This document shows positions 25,651-38,270 of a stretch of 64,000 nucleotides of DNA, one piece after another. Positions within the stretch are counted from its first letter, which is position 1. The number at the start of each line of letters is the position of its first letter. A program made the translations under genes and the position numbers. The notes below the pieces were generated by a model that worked only from the letters and a program-made list of their open reading frames with translations, did not search any database and was not told the origin of the DNA. This DNA is from Vermamoeba vermiformis (lineage: Eukaryota): assembly GCA_045837725.1 (NCBI GenBank), contig JBEWZL010000302.1:434001-498000 (forward strand), given 5' to 3'.

Positions 25651-26193
25651 CGATCGAAAACGAAGAACGGATTTGACCTCGTCATTACAGACATAATTGT
25701 TACCTATTAAATTTGCACGTTAGTAATAAAATTTTTAAATATTAATCATGAGCTCTGGACCGACCTGTCACGTCAACCGCAGCATCTTCGATCTGAAATC
25801 CGAAATAAGTTGCTAATTATAAAAATAAAGCAAGGGAGTAAACAAAACGCCTATAAATATAGTTTTACTATTGATTTTTTCCTATTATTTATTACTTTAA
25901 TCCCGACCGGTCACATCCAGTCTGTGATTTTTCTCGTTAAGAAAATGAAGCTTAAAGAGGCCGATAATACCTGCATATCATCGAATTGTTCGGCTTCGTC
26001 CAAAAACTCGTTGAAATGGTCAGCCATAGTGTTGTTCAAGCGAAAGAAAATCAAATTTTAAGAAACACGCTCTTCTCACCCCGCTAAATTTTGGTTCGCT
26101 CGTATCGATTTCTAAATTGATAAGAGACTATTTCATAGTACTAAGAAAATGATTGGTCAGATTTAAATCTAATTATTAGATTAAGTTAGCTTT

Positions 26194-28736
26194 TTATTTT
26201 TCTTGCTTATTTTCGGTTGTTACAATTTCATTGCGTTGTTCTACCAACGATAAGACTTGCTGCATCCATACTAATGCTTCTTCGTACGTTATTTTGTGCT
26301 TTAATGGTTTAATATAAGCGTCGAATGTATCTTTCGTAATCCTGAATAGTTTTTCTTTGTGCTCTTTCAAGAAATACTGAAGAGCTACTTCGTTCTTAGT
26401 TTTGAATATTTCCAATAAATCTTCACACTCCCACTCCCAATTGATCCACCCATCCTTATTATAAATCTTATCAAAGTTGCTGAAAATGACCGGATCTGTT
26501 TCGTACTTGGCAATGAATTTGTGTAATTTAAAACCATATTTGAACTGCAATCTACGGGGCATTTTGTCAATATTACGAAGCGCATCGCGCATTAAATCGT
26601 AGTTCGGCCTTATCCGAGAATAACTGCTGGCTGGCCATTTGCTTTCAAAGTAAAATGAATAATTGTCGGTTATCAACAGCAATCTATCAATATCTCGTCT
26701 TTTTAATGCGTTCCCATAATTCAATACCAAGCCAGCGTGTTTTCTGAGCAACATTTCTGCGAATTGTACTGAAACTGTTGGTTCATCCACAAACTCGAAA
26801 ATAACTCGAATTAGCTCTTTTGGAAGCATTTTGAAGTAACTAGATTCATCTCCATATTTATGAGCCAATAATACCAATAACTTTCTTTCCGAGAAAATTT
26901 TGTGTTTTCGGTAGATCTGCGGAAAAGTGTCCAATAGAAAGTCGAGTAATTTCGGATAGTTGCTTCCACACTTGCTTTGATCAGGAATGCTTTCAAGAAT
27001 TCTCTGAAACCAATAAAGATTCATGAACGATCTAAACTGCAACAACTTCGTTACATCCATGAGGTACGGTAAAATGTCCCAAATATTCCCCTTATTCTCT
27101 AATAAGAATTGTATTCTAGCTATATGCTTATCCTCTACTGTCCGAAGTATATCATCAAAACAAAGCAGATTATTACTAAATTAAAAAATTAAATAATTAA
27201 ATAATTAAAAAATAATGGTTCGATTAGGTCTTACTCAATGGGCACACCAAGATCGTGCAAACATTGCATTACTTCAATTCGCGGATTATCGGAGTTCAAA
27301 TTCACCAAGTAAGGCCTGTACTGATACACAGCTGTCTTCCAATCTATCGCTGCGGTGATAACATTTAGCTCCAACGGTAATCGAATATAAAAGAAGTTGA
27401 TATATTAAGAGTAATATATGAATGTAGGATAATAAGTTAGTTTTGGCTTACGCGTTGATTGGTGGATCCGCTTCATTTCTTCAATATCCCCTGCAATGAG
27501 GCTCCGATAAAACTTGCATACCTCAGGTTGCTGCACCACGCCATTGTTCGGTATATAATATTTGGTATTGCCAACGAGACGTTTTAATGTCTGAGAGATG
27601 GATTCGGTGTTCGTGATCTGCAACGGCTTTACGACCAATTTCCAATTTTTGCATCGAAATACTTTGAATCCATTTCGAAATGCCACGCACATGCTATTGG
27701 GTTCTGGATAAATGTTAATATAACACTAAGAGAAATTCAAAATACGAACCAGAAATCAGTGAACGGTGGATCTCGATTGCAACCTCCGGAGTATAGCATC
27801 CAAAGAACCACGGTTGGTCTTCAATAGGCAAATCAAATAGTTCGGGCGTTATTAAGCATTTTTTAAAGTCTAACAAATAATTAGTATTGTTTAAATTGAT
27901 GAAAATTAATTACGATACTTACCCAGAAACATAGGGAGAATTAGCTGCGGCTCTAGCAATATCCCTTTAGCAAAAGCTTGCTGTATAATATTGCCAATAT
28001 TTTTTGCAAAGTTTAATCGTTCCTTATTCTCGAACGCTGAGCGAATTTTTTTGATAATAGCGGATGTGTCCCGAAAACCCGGGTAGTAGCCCCGTACATA
28101 ACAGTTGGTTAGTACGTCAAATAATAATAAGACCATATCTGTGCATCCTCGTTCATACGCCAATTTAATTGCCTTGACTAGCGCCACAGGTTTGAAGAAT
28201 GAAGAGTATTTCAACGGATGTCGTTTTGCTTGTAAGTCACGCCATACTATTACATCAAGAACAAGCATATAATTATGCAGAAATTCATACGAAGTGAGTC
28301 GTATTATATCGGGTAATAGTTTTGTGAGGGTTGGAAGGTATTCTGAGTGATGATAAATTTTGATAAATTCGCCACCAACTTAGATTAATGAGTTAGATCA
28401 CATATGTTGCATAAAGATAATATCTTACATTTAGAAAAGCCAGTAATATCGTTCGACCGAATTAATCTGTTCAGTTTAGTCTTGACAAACCTCGATCGGC
28501 CTAAAATGTGATATTATTAATTATCTCGCGAAAATTAAGTTTGAAAATTATAATTAAATACCTCGAACATATCTATAGCATATTTGAAGCAATATTTCGT
28601 CGTTTAGTGCTTCGTGAAATGTTTTTGAAGTGATTGAAAAATTCACGGTGGCTTTGAATAGCTCGTAGCTGTCTTCTGATTGCTTCAATCGCGAAAATAT
28701 TATTTTAAATACGTTGCTAATCTTTGTGACATCCAT
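26194..28736 (-). CDS. Uncharacterised multi-exon protein with an N-terminal F-box-like segment and an internal 'LPKELIRVIFEF' motif
   Basis: Exons 28554-28736, 27906-28268, 27405-27692 and 26194-27060 lie on the same strand, separated by GT-AG introns. Confidence 0.55.
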
Positions 28737-29183
28737 ATTCAATTAAGTGGAGCCGTGTTGCAACGTGTTTACGTGAACAGGTTTTGTTTGGTCTTGAAAA
28801 CCGAAAGATTTTACCGTAGGCTATATTTAGAATAACACATGTGCTTATTAAAAAATCTAAAGATATTGATTGAAGCTCAGCAAGCAAGATCTCGGTACCG
28901 AAGCACGAGACAACTATTCGCGAGCAACGGAATATGGCTAGGGTTATACCTTACTGAAAAGTAACTATGCTTGTTTACGGAAGGAGAGAATCTTCCCTAG
29001 CGGATCTGGAAGCCATTTTGATTTTCAATCAATTTTTAATCGAATTTTCATTATTTTACTTGCGCCCACAACTCGCACCTTTTCAAAAAACAACAATTAG
29101 AATGACATTTCAAATTATATTTTATTATCAACGCAACGCAGCTGCAGCTCGACTTACGAATCTGCATCCAACAAAACATCATC

Positions 29184-31556
29184 ATGGCTTCAGAATTCAC
29201 TCAATACAGCGAGACTGATACCGCTCATTTTTGTGTAATGCACCAGCCTTCAAAAGAAATTTTTATCTCGTAAGTCTACCCAGTTGAGCTGCATCTCTTA
29301 GAATATTCAAAAAATTAATTCAGCCACTGAGTATTTTCAAATTGAAGAATTTCCAATTTTATTTATTTTACTAATTTTATAATTAATAGTTCTTTGCACC
29401 CCTTGGGCTCTTTGTATGAAAAGGCGGGAAGTTCTGCTGAATCCAAAAGACACCATCAAGCGATGGTTGATAAGCTCATAGAATGCGGTATTCAAGTCAA
29501 CCTCGTGCGCTCAGTGCTAGAGAAGAGTTTGCGCGATCCCGTTCACCGAAGAAAGCTGCATCTGGCCGCTAAAAACACTTTGAAATACGAAGTCGACTTT
29601 TCCGCTACTAACGAAGAATTGGCTAACTTGGAAAGCTATAAATTAGAAGTTATTGAGGCTCTAGATGACGATGAGCTCGTTGACGCGCTGATTATGGTAC
29701 GTACAAAGCACTTTTCTTTCGTTACGCAAAGTTATTTCCGTGGATTTGCTTCAACCCGAAAAAATTCCTTACAAACCGTTATTTTTACTCATTTATATGT
29801 GCTTTAATTAATATGATTGTACTTTAGCGCCCAACAGTTCATTTATCTCGTACTGATCGCGGATTCGTTACATCCAGCGTCGAATTCAAACCAAGCGGCA
29901 ATTTGGTGTTTACTCGTGACCAACAGATCGTTACAGCTCGCGGTCTTATATTAGGTTCATTGCACGGCCCTCAAAGATCGCACGAAGTTGAATTAATGAA
30001 ATTCGTGTGGCAAGCTCTGGGCGTTCCAATTATCGATGAACTGCCTAAGACTACTATTCTAGAAGGCGGTGATTATGTACCTGCAGGTAAGAATATTTTT
30101 TAAATTAATTAACGAAATTTCCTTTTTTCCATTTTACATCCGGATCTTAACTTCCTTTTTACCTTTATAGGCGATATTTCCTATATTGGCTGTGGTATTC
30201 GTACCGATCAAGGAGCTATCAATTATTTAATGGAAAGAGATCTATTTGGCTCGCGTAAAGTAGCAGTTGTTAAGGATCTGTTCGATCGATGCCAAGATCG
30301 CATGCACTTGGACACGTACTTCAATATCGTCGATAATAACACTTGTGTATTATCGAGTGGAGTTAGCGGCATTAATAACCCGAAGAGAAGACTTGTCGAT
30401 GAGTAAGTACTGCCAACAGATCCGTATTATTAATTTTTCTGTTAGCTCCCAATATTCTTTTGCTGCATTCAAAACAATATCTTACTTCATTAGTTTAATA
30501 TTCCTCGCGCTCTATAATTATCCAAATTACAGCAGAAATTTTTAAAAATAAGTCGCAAGATCTAGTATACTAGATCCACGACCGTTATCTTAATTCTAAT
30601 CGTTTATATATACTCTTTATTGGTATCATAAACATCAAATTTATCTTTTTTGTCCAAATTTTGGCTTCAAGGATCCATATTCCATAGCCAGCGTACGCGT
30701 GTCGAAAGATCCGTCTTCTCAGCGCTAATTTCTTCCCTAAATTTAGGGATACCTAAGTAACACTACTCAAATTAACAACCCCAATAACCCATCCCCCGTT
30801 CATTATTTTTAATTCAATGTAAAGAGTGCTTGTGGCGATGAGAGCATTCCGGTTTAAGGAATGATTGACACCCACACTCAGAAAGACTCTTGGCGTCCGA
30901 GTTTAGGTGAGTAGTAGTAAGGACATCCAAGAGCCGAATAGATTGTAAGGCGTATTAGCGAAATTTATCGAGTGTTGCTCGCGCTTTGTTATTGCTGATC
31001 TGATCCGGATTTGTTGTGGGTTCGTTGCACGTTGAAACTTCGGCAGCTGAAATTTTTGTGGATAAATCGAATATTCTAAGCACGTTCTAGACGTAGCTAG
31101 GTATAGATGGAGTTTTCTATCACTTATTCGAGATTCTAAACAAGATCTTCCATTGAAAAGTTCGGATGCAGCTTCAAATTGCTTAAATAAGCTTTTCTAG
31201 GCAATTCTAAATACTAATTTGACTATCTATGTAGATATGAGCGCAATCATTTGGGCAAATATGAATTGAAACGTGAAGCCGTCGAGTTTTCGACTTACTT
31301 GAAGGACCAGAAGATGCACGTCGTTTCTATCAGCGAAAAACAACAATTAGAGTATATGGCCAACTTCCTATCCGTCAAGCATAAGCATATTATCGCCGTA
31401 CATCCCGATCTTGAACGAGTGTTGCGAGATGCAGGAGTAACGGATGTCAAAGTCGATTACGTGCCTTATGGCGGCATCACTCGCATGTACGGTGCCGCTC
31501 ATTGCACGACTCAAGTGTTCCGTACGAGAAATACCTCTGAAGCTCCTGTTGCCTAA
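29184..31556 (+). CDS. arcA: Arginine deiminase (amidinotransferase superfamily, eukaryotic ADI type)
   Basis: Hallmark motifs NLVFTRDQ, LEGGD, MHLDT and C-terminal YGAAHCTTQ (catalytic Cys). Includes an 832-nt intron at 30403-31234. Confidence 0.9.
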
Positions 31557-31747
31557 ACCCGTGTAACGGATCTTGTAATGTAAATCAATCCTTTATCCAA
31601 AAGCTTAGTCAGGTATATTATTATTTCATAAGCTGGTTTAACTTAAAATACCAACTGTTCCTGACTTATTTTATAAGTTAAATATAAGTTAAGAACGTTC
31701 TCGATGACAATTGATTGTTGTAAAATTGCTGGATTCGTTTAAAATGG

Positions 31748-33710
31748 CTATTGTTTATTAAACTGATCTACAATCTTCGAGAATACATTAGAGAAATCAA
31801 TATCGATCTCAGGGGCGTTGAAGAATGAAAAAATAATTCGCCAAATTTCGAGTGGCAGATGTGCTCCAACAAAGTTCGGTCTTAATACTGCCATCTTCAT
31901 CGCTGATACTGCTTGATTAATACGAGCCTGCCTAATCTCTTGATTTTTGTGCATTTGTGCGAGCACACCGGGAGTGTTGGTGTCGGCAGTAGTGGTCATA
32001 AAAGCTGTATAGCAGGTCCAAATCTTTAAGTATTTCAATCCAATATTCCGTTGCAATAATTGAATTATAGGCTTCTCCAGCTTCTCTAAGACAATTGGTA
32101 TATTTGAAAGTCTATCCCAAAAATCGAGATTGTGGCGCGCATTCTCCACTGCGTAAAATTTTGGACTAAGACAAACGTGTTTCAGATTTGGATTGCTTCC
32201 CAGAGCTACTAGCAAATGTTCGAAACTATGCATATAAAATTCAAAATCAAAGCTGAAGACCTAGTTATGCATCCAGTTATTAATAATTAATAGAGGTCAA
32301 CGGAAATTTTAAAATATATTATGGACTTACTCGTAATGCCTTATTGACTTTTAGCGCCTCTGTTAACTTCATTATGCTATCTTGATTCAGCATAAACGGA
32401 ACATTATTATTCTGATTACTATCTGTATCCTTGTCACGTTGGATGTGTAACTCGGTCAAACTGGTGTTAACTTTCAATGCCTCTGAAATTTCGGTCAAAT
32501 CGTCTATTTTTAGGCATTGCTTGATTTCTAACGTTTTCAGTGAATTGTTCGTTTGCAGGAATCTTCCAATAGATCCGGATCCAATTGCCTCGTCAACAAA
32601 TGACAAGTGCGTAACGCTTGTATTGAACTTCAGAGCGTCCATTATGACACTACATGCATCTTCGTCGATATTGTTGCCAGTAAAAGCCAATTTCTTCAGT
32701 GTATTGTTGTCGTCCAGCAAATCCGCAATGACTCTTTCCAATCGAGGAAATTTGTGGCCCAAGGAAAGTTCCTGCAGCTGATTTTTCAAACTAATGATCG
32801 AGGGGGCCAATATATAAGGGTTATTATGGTATGAATAGCAATCAAGCGTTAAACTCGTCAAATTTTTGGCGTTGGCGAGCAGGTCGAAACTTCCGAAGCT
32901 GCAACTTATTAATTCTAGCTTTGTCAGTCTCTTCATAATGTCTTCTAAATACTTCTTATCTTCTTCTTCAAATGAGATTGAATGGAGTGAAAGCTCGGTT
33001 ACATTCGTAGCGGATTTGAGTGCTTCAAACGTATAAGGCTCGCAGCAATCGTTGTCAAGCAAAAAAGATCTAATATTTTTTGCATCTTCAATAAATCTAG
33101 ACAGCAATTCGCGGATGGATCGTTGATTGGGCAATCCAACGAATCCAATTCTCTCCAAAGTCTTGCTTTCTTTAATAGCGCTGCATAAATCGATGAAATT
33201 CGACATAGATATCGTATGTTTATCGTCGAGCTTCATAATGAATTCTTTGAGCATTGGAGGGCCATGTCGGATCAGATGTGTTGGTGATATTTTGCGAGAT
33301 TCTAAATTTACATTTGTAACTGTCACTGATGTGATGCTCTTATTATTTGACATGCATTCGATCACTTTAAGCCACTCTTCTGGCTCAACGACATCGGTGA
33401 TGCAGATCGACGGAACATTGGTAGATGTTAGAATCAAATTATGGGCTTCTCTATCGCGTTTATCGAAATGATAGCTACCTGTATAGCTAAAGTAGGGCAA
33501 ACTGGTGGGACGATAGCTTGGTGGCACCTACAAGTGAATTAATTAATAAATTTAATTTAACAAATTGTTATAATTCAGTCCTAAAATATTTCTAGTCTCG
33601 GGTAATTATCTTATACAACTTACTCGCTTATCTCCCGATTTTTTATTATTTTTGGGCTGCTTTTCCTTTTTTTCTTTCTTTTGTTTCTTTTCCTTCTTTG
33701 TTTTCTCCAT
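31748..33710 (-). CDS. RNI-like LRR protein with a K-rich N-terminus and a C-terminal F-box-like motif
   Basis: Repeats 'ALKFNTSVTHLSF', 'ALKVNTSLTELHI', 'DNNTLKKLAF'. C-terminal 'LPLEIWRIIFSF'. First exon MEKTKKEKK at 33710. Confidence 0.8.
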
Positions 33711-33873
33711 TCAGCTGTGCTACTGCTCTTCTTTAATTTGCTTCTTTAATTCTTTCTCATTTGAAACCATCGTTAAATATCAAAGCACGCAGAAACTTGC
33801 GAAAATCGGGTTCCTGTTTTCGTTTTGGAATTAAGAATTAAAAAATGTTTATTTTTTATAACCAACTTTAATT

Positions 33874-35634
33874 TTAAATAAGGATCACCAGCAATATGGT
33901 TACTAATACGAATAGATAGAAATCGCGAGTTGTAGATCCGCTGGTTACGGGCTTTCCGTCAGGACCGAGCACAGGTTGGGGTGGGGTAACAGGCGGTGGA
34001 GGACACTGAGCGTTATCTGGCTGTTCTGAGCATGGTGTACACGTGTCATCACCACTCATGCTGAATGTGCCCTCAGAACACTCTTCGCATGCAGTCCTGT
34101 TGGCGTTAGGCACCAATCCGTCACCGCACAAAACACATCCGGCAGTCTCGTTGAAGTACTTGCCACCAGCACACGTCAAGCACTTGCCTTTGTACGTGAA
34201 CTTGTCTTCGGGACACACGCATCTGCCGTTCTCGTTCAAATAGTTTCCGTTGATGCAGCCAAGCGACACCAAGATCGGTGCAGTGGCATCACCAGAACTA
34301 CTGCCAATGTAAATAGTGCCATCTGATGCAATAGATGGACCAGCACCTTCGATAGCCTTTGTGCTGGTGATCATTGTCCACATATTTTTCCAGCTGGTTC
34401 GATTGGTGACGTTGTACGCAGCCAAGTTGCCGACGCCATCAGCAGCATACACGACATTGTCCGCGTAAAACAACTGTGCCCTCACTTTACCAATGTTAAG
34501 CTGACCATTCAGTATCGATGTGTAGGCTTGTGATGAGGTGTCAATGGCGTAAAATCTGTCGTTAGTCATGATGAAGAGGTAGTTGTCGACCAATGCCGCT
34601 CCGTGCACAATTTCAGCGGGGTTGAATACTAGTGTCCAAACTGATACAGCTTCGAATGAGTACTTAGCCACGAAGCCATTTCTTGTTACGGTGTATATGA
34701 AGCCGTCGTTGGGATCCACAAGTGGCGGGTACGTGTTTGCGTCGTCGTAAGTCAGTCCGTTCATATTCACCGGGACTGCAAATACCTTGTCGCCAGCGTC
34801 TATGCCAAGCTTGACCATGTAGCCCTTTGTCGTTAAGAAAACAAGCGTGTTGTCAAAAGGCGAAAGAATTGGAGCCATGAATTGACCGGAGGATGAGTAG
34901 CTGCTTTGCGCAAAATTGAAGCCCCATTTAGCCACTTGTCCACCTTCTTTGATTAAGGCACCTATGACGCCTCCCAAAGGCACGTAGAGCGCGGTTTCGT
35001 CGACCAAAATTGGCGCGGAGAGCTTCACTCCAGATTCCGCTCCAAACATCGCGCAAAGGTCAGGCGAGGTCCATATAGTCGTGAAATTAGTCAAATCAAA
35101 TGCATGGAGCATGCACGAAGCTTCGTTGATAATGTAGAGTGTACCGTTGCTCACAGCGAGAGTTCCAGAGCACGATCCAGGAACGGTATCGTTGTACGAG
35201 TAAAGTACGGTTCCATTCTTACTGAGCACCCAAAATAGAGGTTCAGAAGATGCGCTATTCGGAACAATAATGTTGCCAGTCGAATCGTCAATGTTGATCA
35301 CGCCTAATTACACAAAACTAATTAGAAAAAAATAAGAATATTGTATAATACTGAAACAAAATTTATATGATTCAATACTCGCCTAATACCGCGGTTTAAA
35401 AATTTTAAAGATTTTGTACAAACTTAACCAGTACGATCTCGATCAAGAATCTTGCTTACCTTTGATTACGCTAGCATTAGGCTGCCTGAATGACCATTGA
35501 ATATTCGGTTGTACATTATAAACAGGACGCGTATGAACACCGTTGTTTCCAGCGGCCCATTGGTTCCAATCGCTTGCCACGAAGCCGATCTGTCCTAATA
35601 GGCATGCTGCGACGAACAAAATTAATAATCTCAT
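33874..35634 (-). CDS. Secreted/surface protein: signal peptide, PQQ/BamB-like beta-propeller, Cys-rich repeats, P-rich stalk, hydrophobic C-terminal anchor (paralog 1)
   Basis: Signal 'MRLLILFVAACLLG'; propeller blades such as 'GPSIASDGTIYIGS'; 'CEECSEGTFSMSGDDTCTPC'; hydrophobic tail without a cytoplasmic domain (GPI-like). Confidence 0.8.
33995..34154. repeat. 160-bp near-identical tract shared with 35846-36005
   Basis: Manual ungapped alignment shows 7 mismatches in 160 bp. Confidence 0.9.
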
Positions 35635-35733
35635 TCTGATTGATGTACACGAGTGCCGTCCTGCGGTTGAATGACAAAAAAAATTCATTTTTCTAACCGT
35701 TACAATTTTTTTTCGTCTGTTGCAAGTTTTTAT

Positions 35734-37414
35734 TCAGCAGCTCAGAATCACGGCAAAGAACATGCAAATAAAAGCCTTCAGTGAACGAAGCTGAGTGGCT
35801 TCGCTGACTTCAGTTGAAGGTACCGCGACTGGTGGGGTCACAGGAGGTGGAGGACACTGAGCATTATCAGGCTGTTCTGAGCATGGTGTACACGTGTCAT
35901 CACCACTCATGCTGAATGTGCCATCAGAACACTCTTCGCATGCAGTCCTGTTGGCGTCAGGCACTAATCCGTCACCGCACAAAACACACACGGCAGTCTC
36001 GTTGAGGTAAATTCCGCCCGAACAACTGACGCACACGCCATTCTCGTCTAAGTACTGCGCTTCAGGGCATCCAAGAGTGATCAAGGTGGGTGTATCTGCA
36101 TCACCAGAGGCGCTGCCGACGTAGATTGTGCCGTCTGAACCGATAGAAGGACCAGCACCCGTTACCGTGAAGTTGGTGCCAGCAGCGTTCATAGTCCAAA
36201 GATTTTTCCAGTTAAGTCGATCAGTGACGTCATACGCGGCCAAGTTGCCAAGACCATCAGTAGCGTACAAGACATTGTTCGAGTACAACAGTTGCGCCTT
36301 GACTTGACCGATGGTTACCTTGTCAATAACAACGGCATTGTACTCGCCAGTGGTAGCATTGATCGCGTAGAAAGTGTCGTTAGCATTGACGATGAGATAG
36401 CTGCGATCAATCAGAACGAGTCCGTGTTGAATAGACGTGTGGTCAGATTGGAGGGGAAAGCTGACGTTCCAAATGTACTGACCCGTCGGCGAGTACTTGA
36501 ACACCGAACCGACGCTCAATGTCACGTAGATCTCACCGTTTGTTAGATCCATCAGCATGGGGTACATGTTCGGGTCATTGTAGTTTGGGTCAGAAGAGAC
36601 TTTGACCGACCATCCCAGGCCCGAACTTGCTTTGGTCAGTTGGCTTGATGGCCAGTAGAGCACCGTTGTGGCATCGAACGGCGAGTAGGTTGGCGTGAAG
36701 AACTGAGCCGAATATTCTTCGTTAATGCGGTCGAAGGGGGCCCAAGCTCCACTATCCTTGTACAGGCACATAAATCCAGCTCGGAGCGGCACCATGACCA
36801 AATATCCTTGCACGATGGTGATCGGACCCGCGACAGGTCCGTCATTGGGCGGGAACAAACAAAGTTCGTCTGAAACCCACAGGAGAGTTTCGTTGATGAT
36901 GCTGACTGCAGAGACCTTGCACGTGACTTCGTTGAGTACATAAACGATCCCGTTTTCTACGGTCAACGCTCCTGAGCAAGATCCAGCCTCCGTGTCATTG
37001 AACGAGTAGACGATATTGCCGTGCTTGTCGAGCACCCAAAACAGCGGTTGAGATGAAGCACTGTTCGGCACAATAATGTTTCCAGTTGCATCGTCAATGT
37101 TGATAACGCCTAATGTAAAAATCGATTAGCTATTGAAGATCGTTCAAACGCTGGATTAAACACGTTATGCCAGAATATATAACTTTATATTTTTAATGTT
37201 AAAACTTCTGGATCAGGATCTGTCTTGCGGATCAGCGTTAGTTCTTACCTTTAATGACACTAGGGACTGGAGGATTAAATGACCATTTAATGTTTGGTTG
37301 AGAGGTGTAGACAGGACGATCGTGCACGCCATTGTTGCCGTTAGCCCATTGGTTCCAGTCGCAAGCAATAAATCCGATCTGCAGCAGAACAAGACCGAAG
37401 AAGATGAAACGCAT
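35734..37414 (-). CDS. Secreted/surface beta-propeller + Cys-rich protein (paralog 2)
   Basis: Signal 'MRFIFFGLVLLQIGFIACDWNQW'. Same single intron position after VIKG and same domain order as paralog 1. Confidence 0.8.
35846..36005. repeat. 160-bp near-identical tract shared with 33995-34154
   Basis: Manual ungapped alignment shows 7 mismatches in 160 bp. Confidence 0.9.
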
Positions 37415-38270
37415 CTTGTTGAATATGTTATGAAAGATGAGTAATATGAACCAAGCGAAGATTCTGCTTTTATGGCTGCGTGCACGGTGAATCACTGTCA
37501 AAACATCAGCCGCATTGTGGTGCAGTCGGAAGATTTGCCGCGCTGTCAGTTGTTCGTGTGCCGCGATTCAATATATTTCCGAATTAAGGAGCGAGTATTG
37601 GTCGTTAATAGCGTCAAATCCACGAACCTAGTACTTTTTGGTTGGTGAACAACATCCGTTACAAATCGCTATTTTTTTAAGTTTTAAATGAGCACAACAA
37701 AAAGCGCGTTGTAAACCCACCATCCATACGGCAGTTATTGAGGACGGAGCTCTATTAGTTCCGGTTAGTGGATGGAGTTTGCGAAGCACAAAAATCATCT
37801 GTACACGCGCGTAAGCAAATTTAAAAAAATGGTAAATAATATGTACACTATTAATTCCGCCACACCCATTGTGAATTGAGGTTAACCACAAGTCAATTAA
37901 AAATCTGTTTGCAAATAATTTAAGTTTATTTGTTTAGCATTATTATATAGCGTGCTAAGCAAAAATGTCTTAAATATAAATAGTGCATATTAAATAAAAT
38001 AATTAGGACCAATATTTTGCGGTACCAGACAAATTTTTTTTAAAAATCCATTTCGGCTCTATTTCTTGTGGTACGCTCAAAAGGGTTGCTTAGTGATAAA
38101 GTGCTTACCTATTAACGTTATAAGTTGCATCTTATTTTAATAAACAAGTTGCGAGAGATGAAATTAAGATTTTTTGTGCATTTTCAGACTTTTAGGGCCG
38201 ATATTTCAAGCGACATGTCGTGGACCATCACGAGCTCCATTTCAGTTGCGAAACAATTAAGAACTACCAA

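Noticed and set aside
30990-31020. CTGATCCGGAT resembling the TPP riboswitch P4/P5 core
   Set aside because: No CTGAGA, no following AATGCC/AATACC-GCG segment, and GATCCGGAT is a common intronic word in this window.
30975-31065. U4 snRNA-like words (TTATTGCT, TTGAAA..TCGGCA, Sm-like AATTTTTG)
   Set aside because: The 5' U6-pairing stem II sequence (CTTTGCGCAG-like) is missing and the spacing does not fit.
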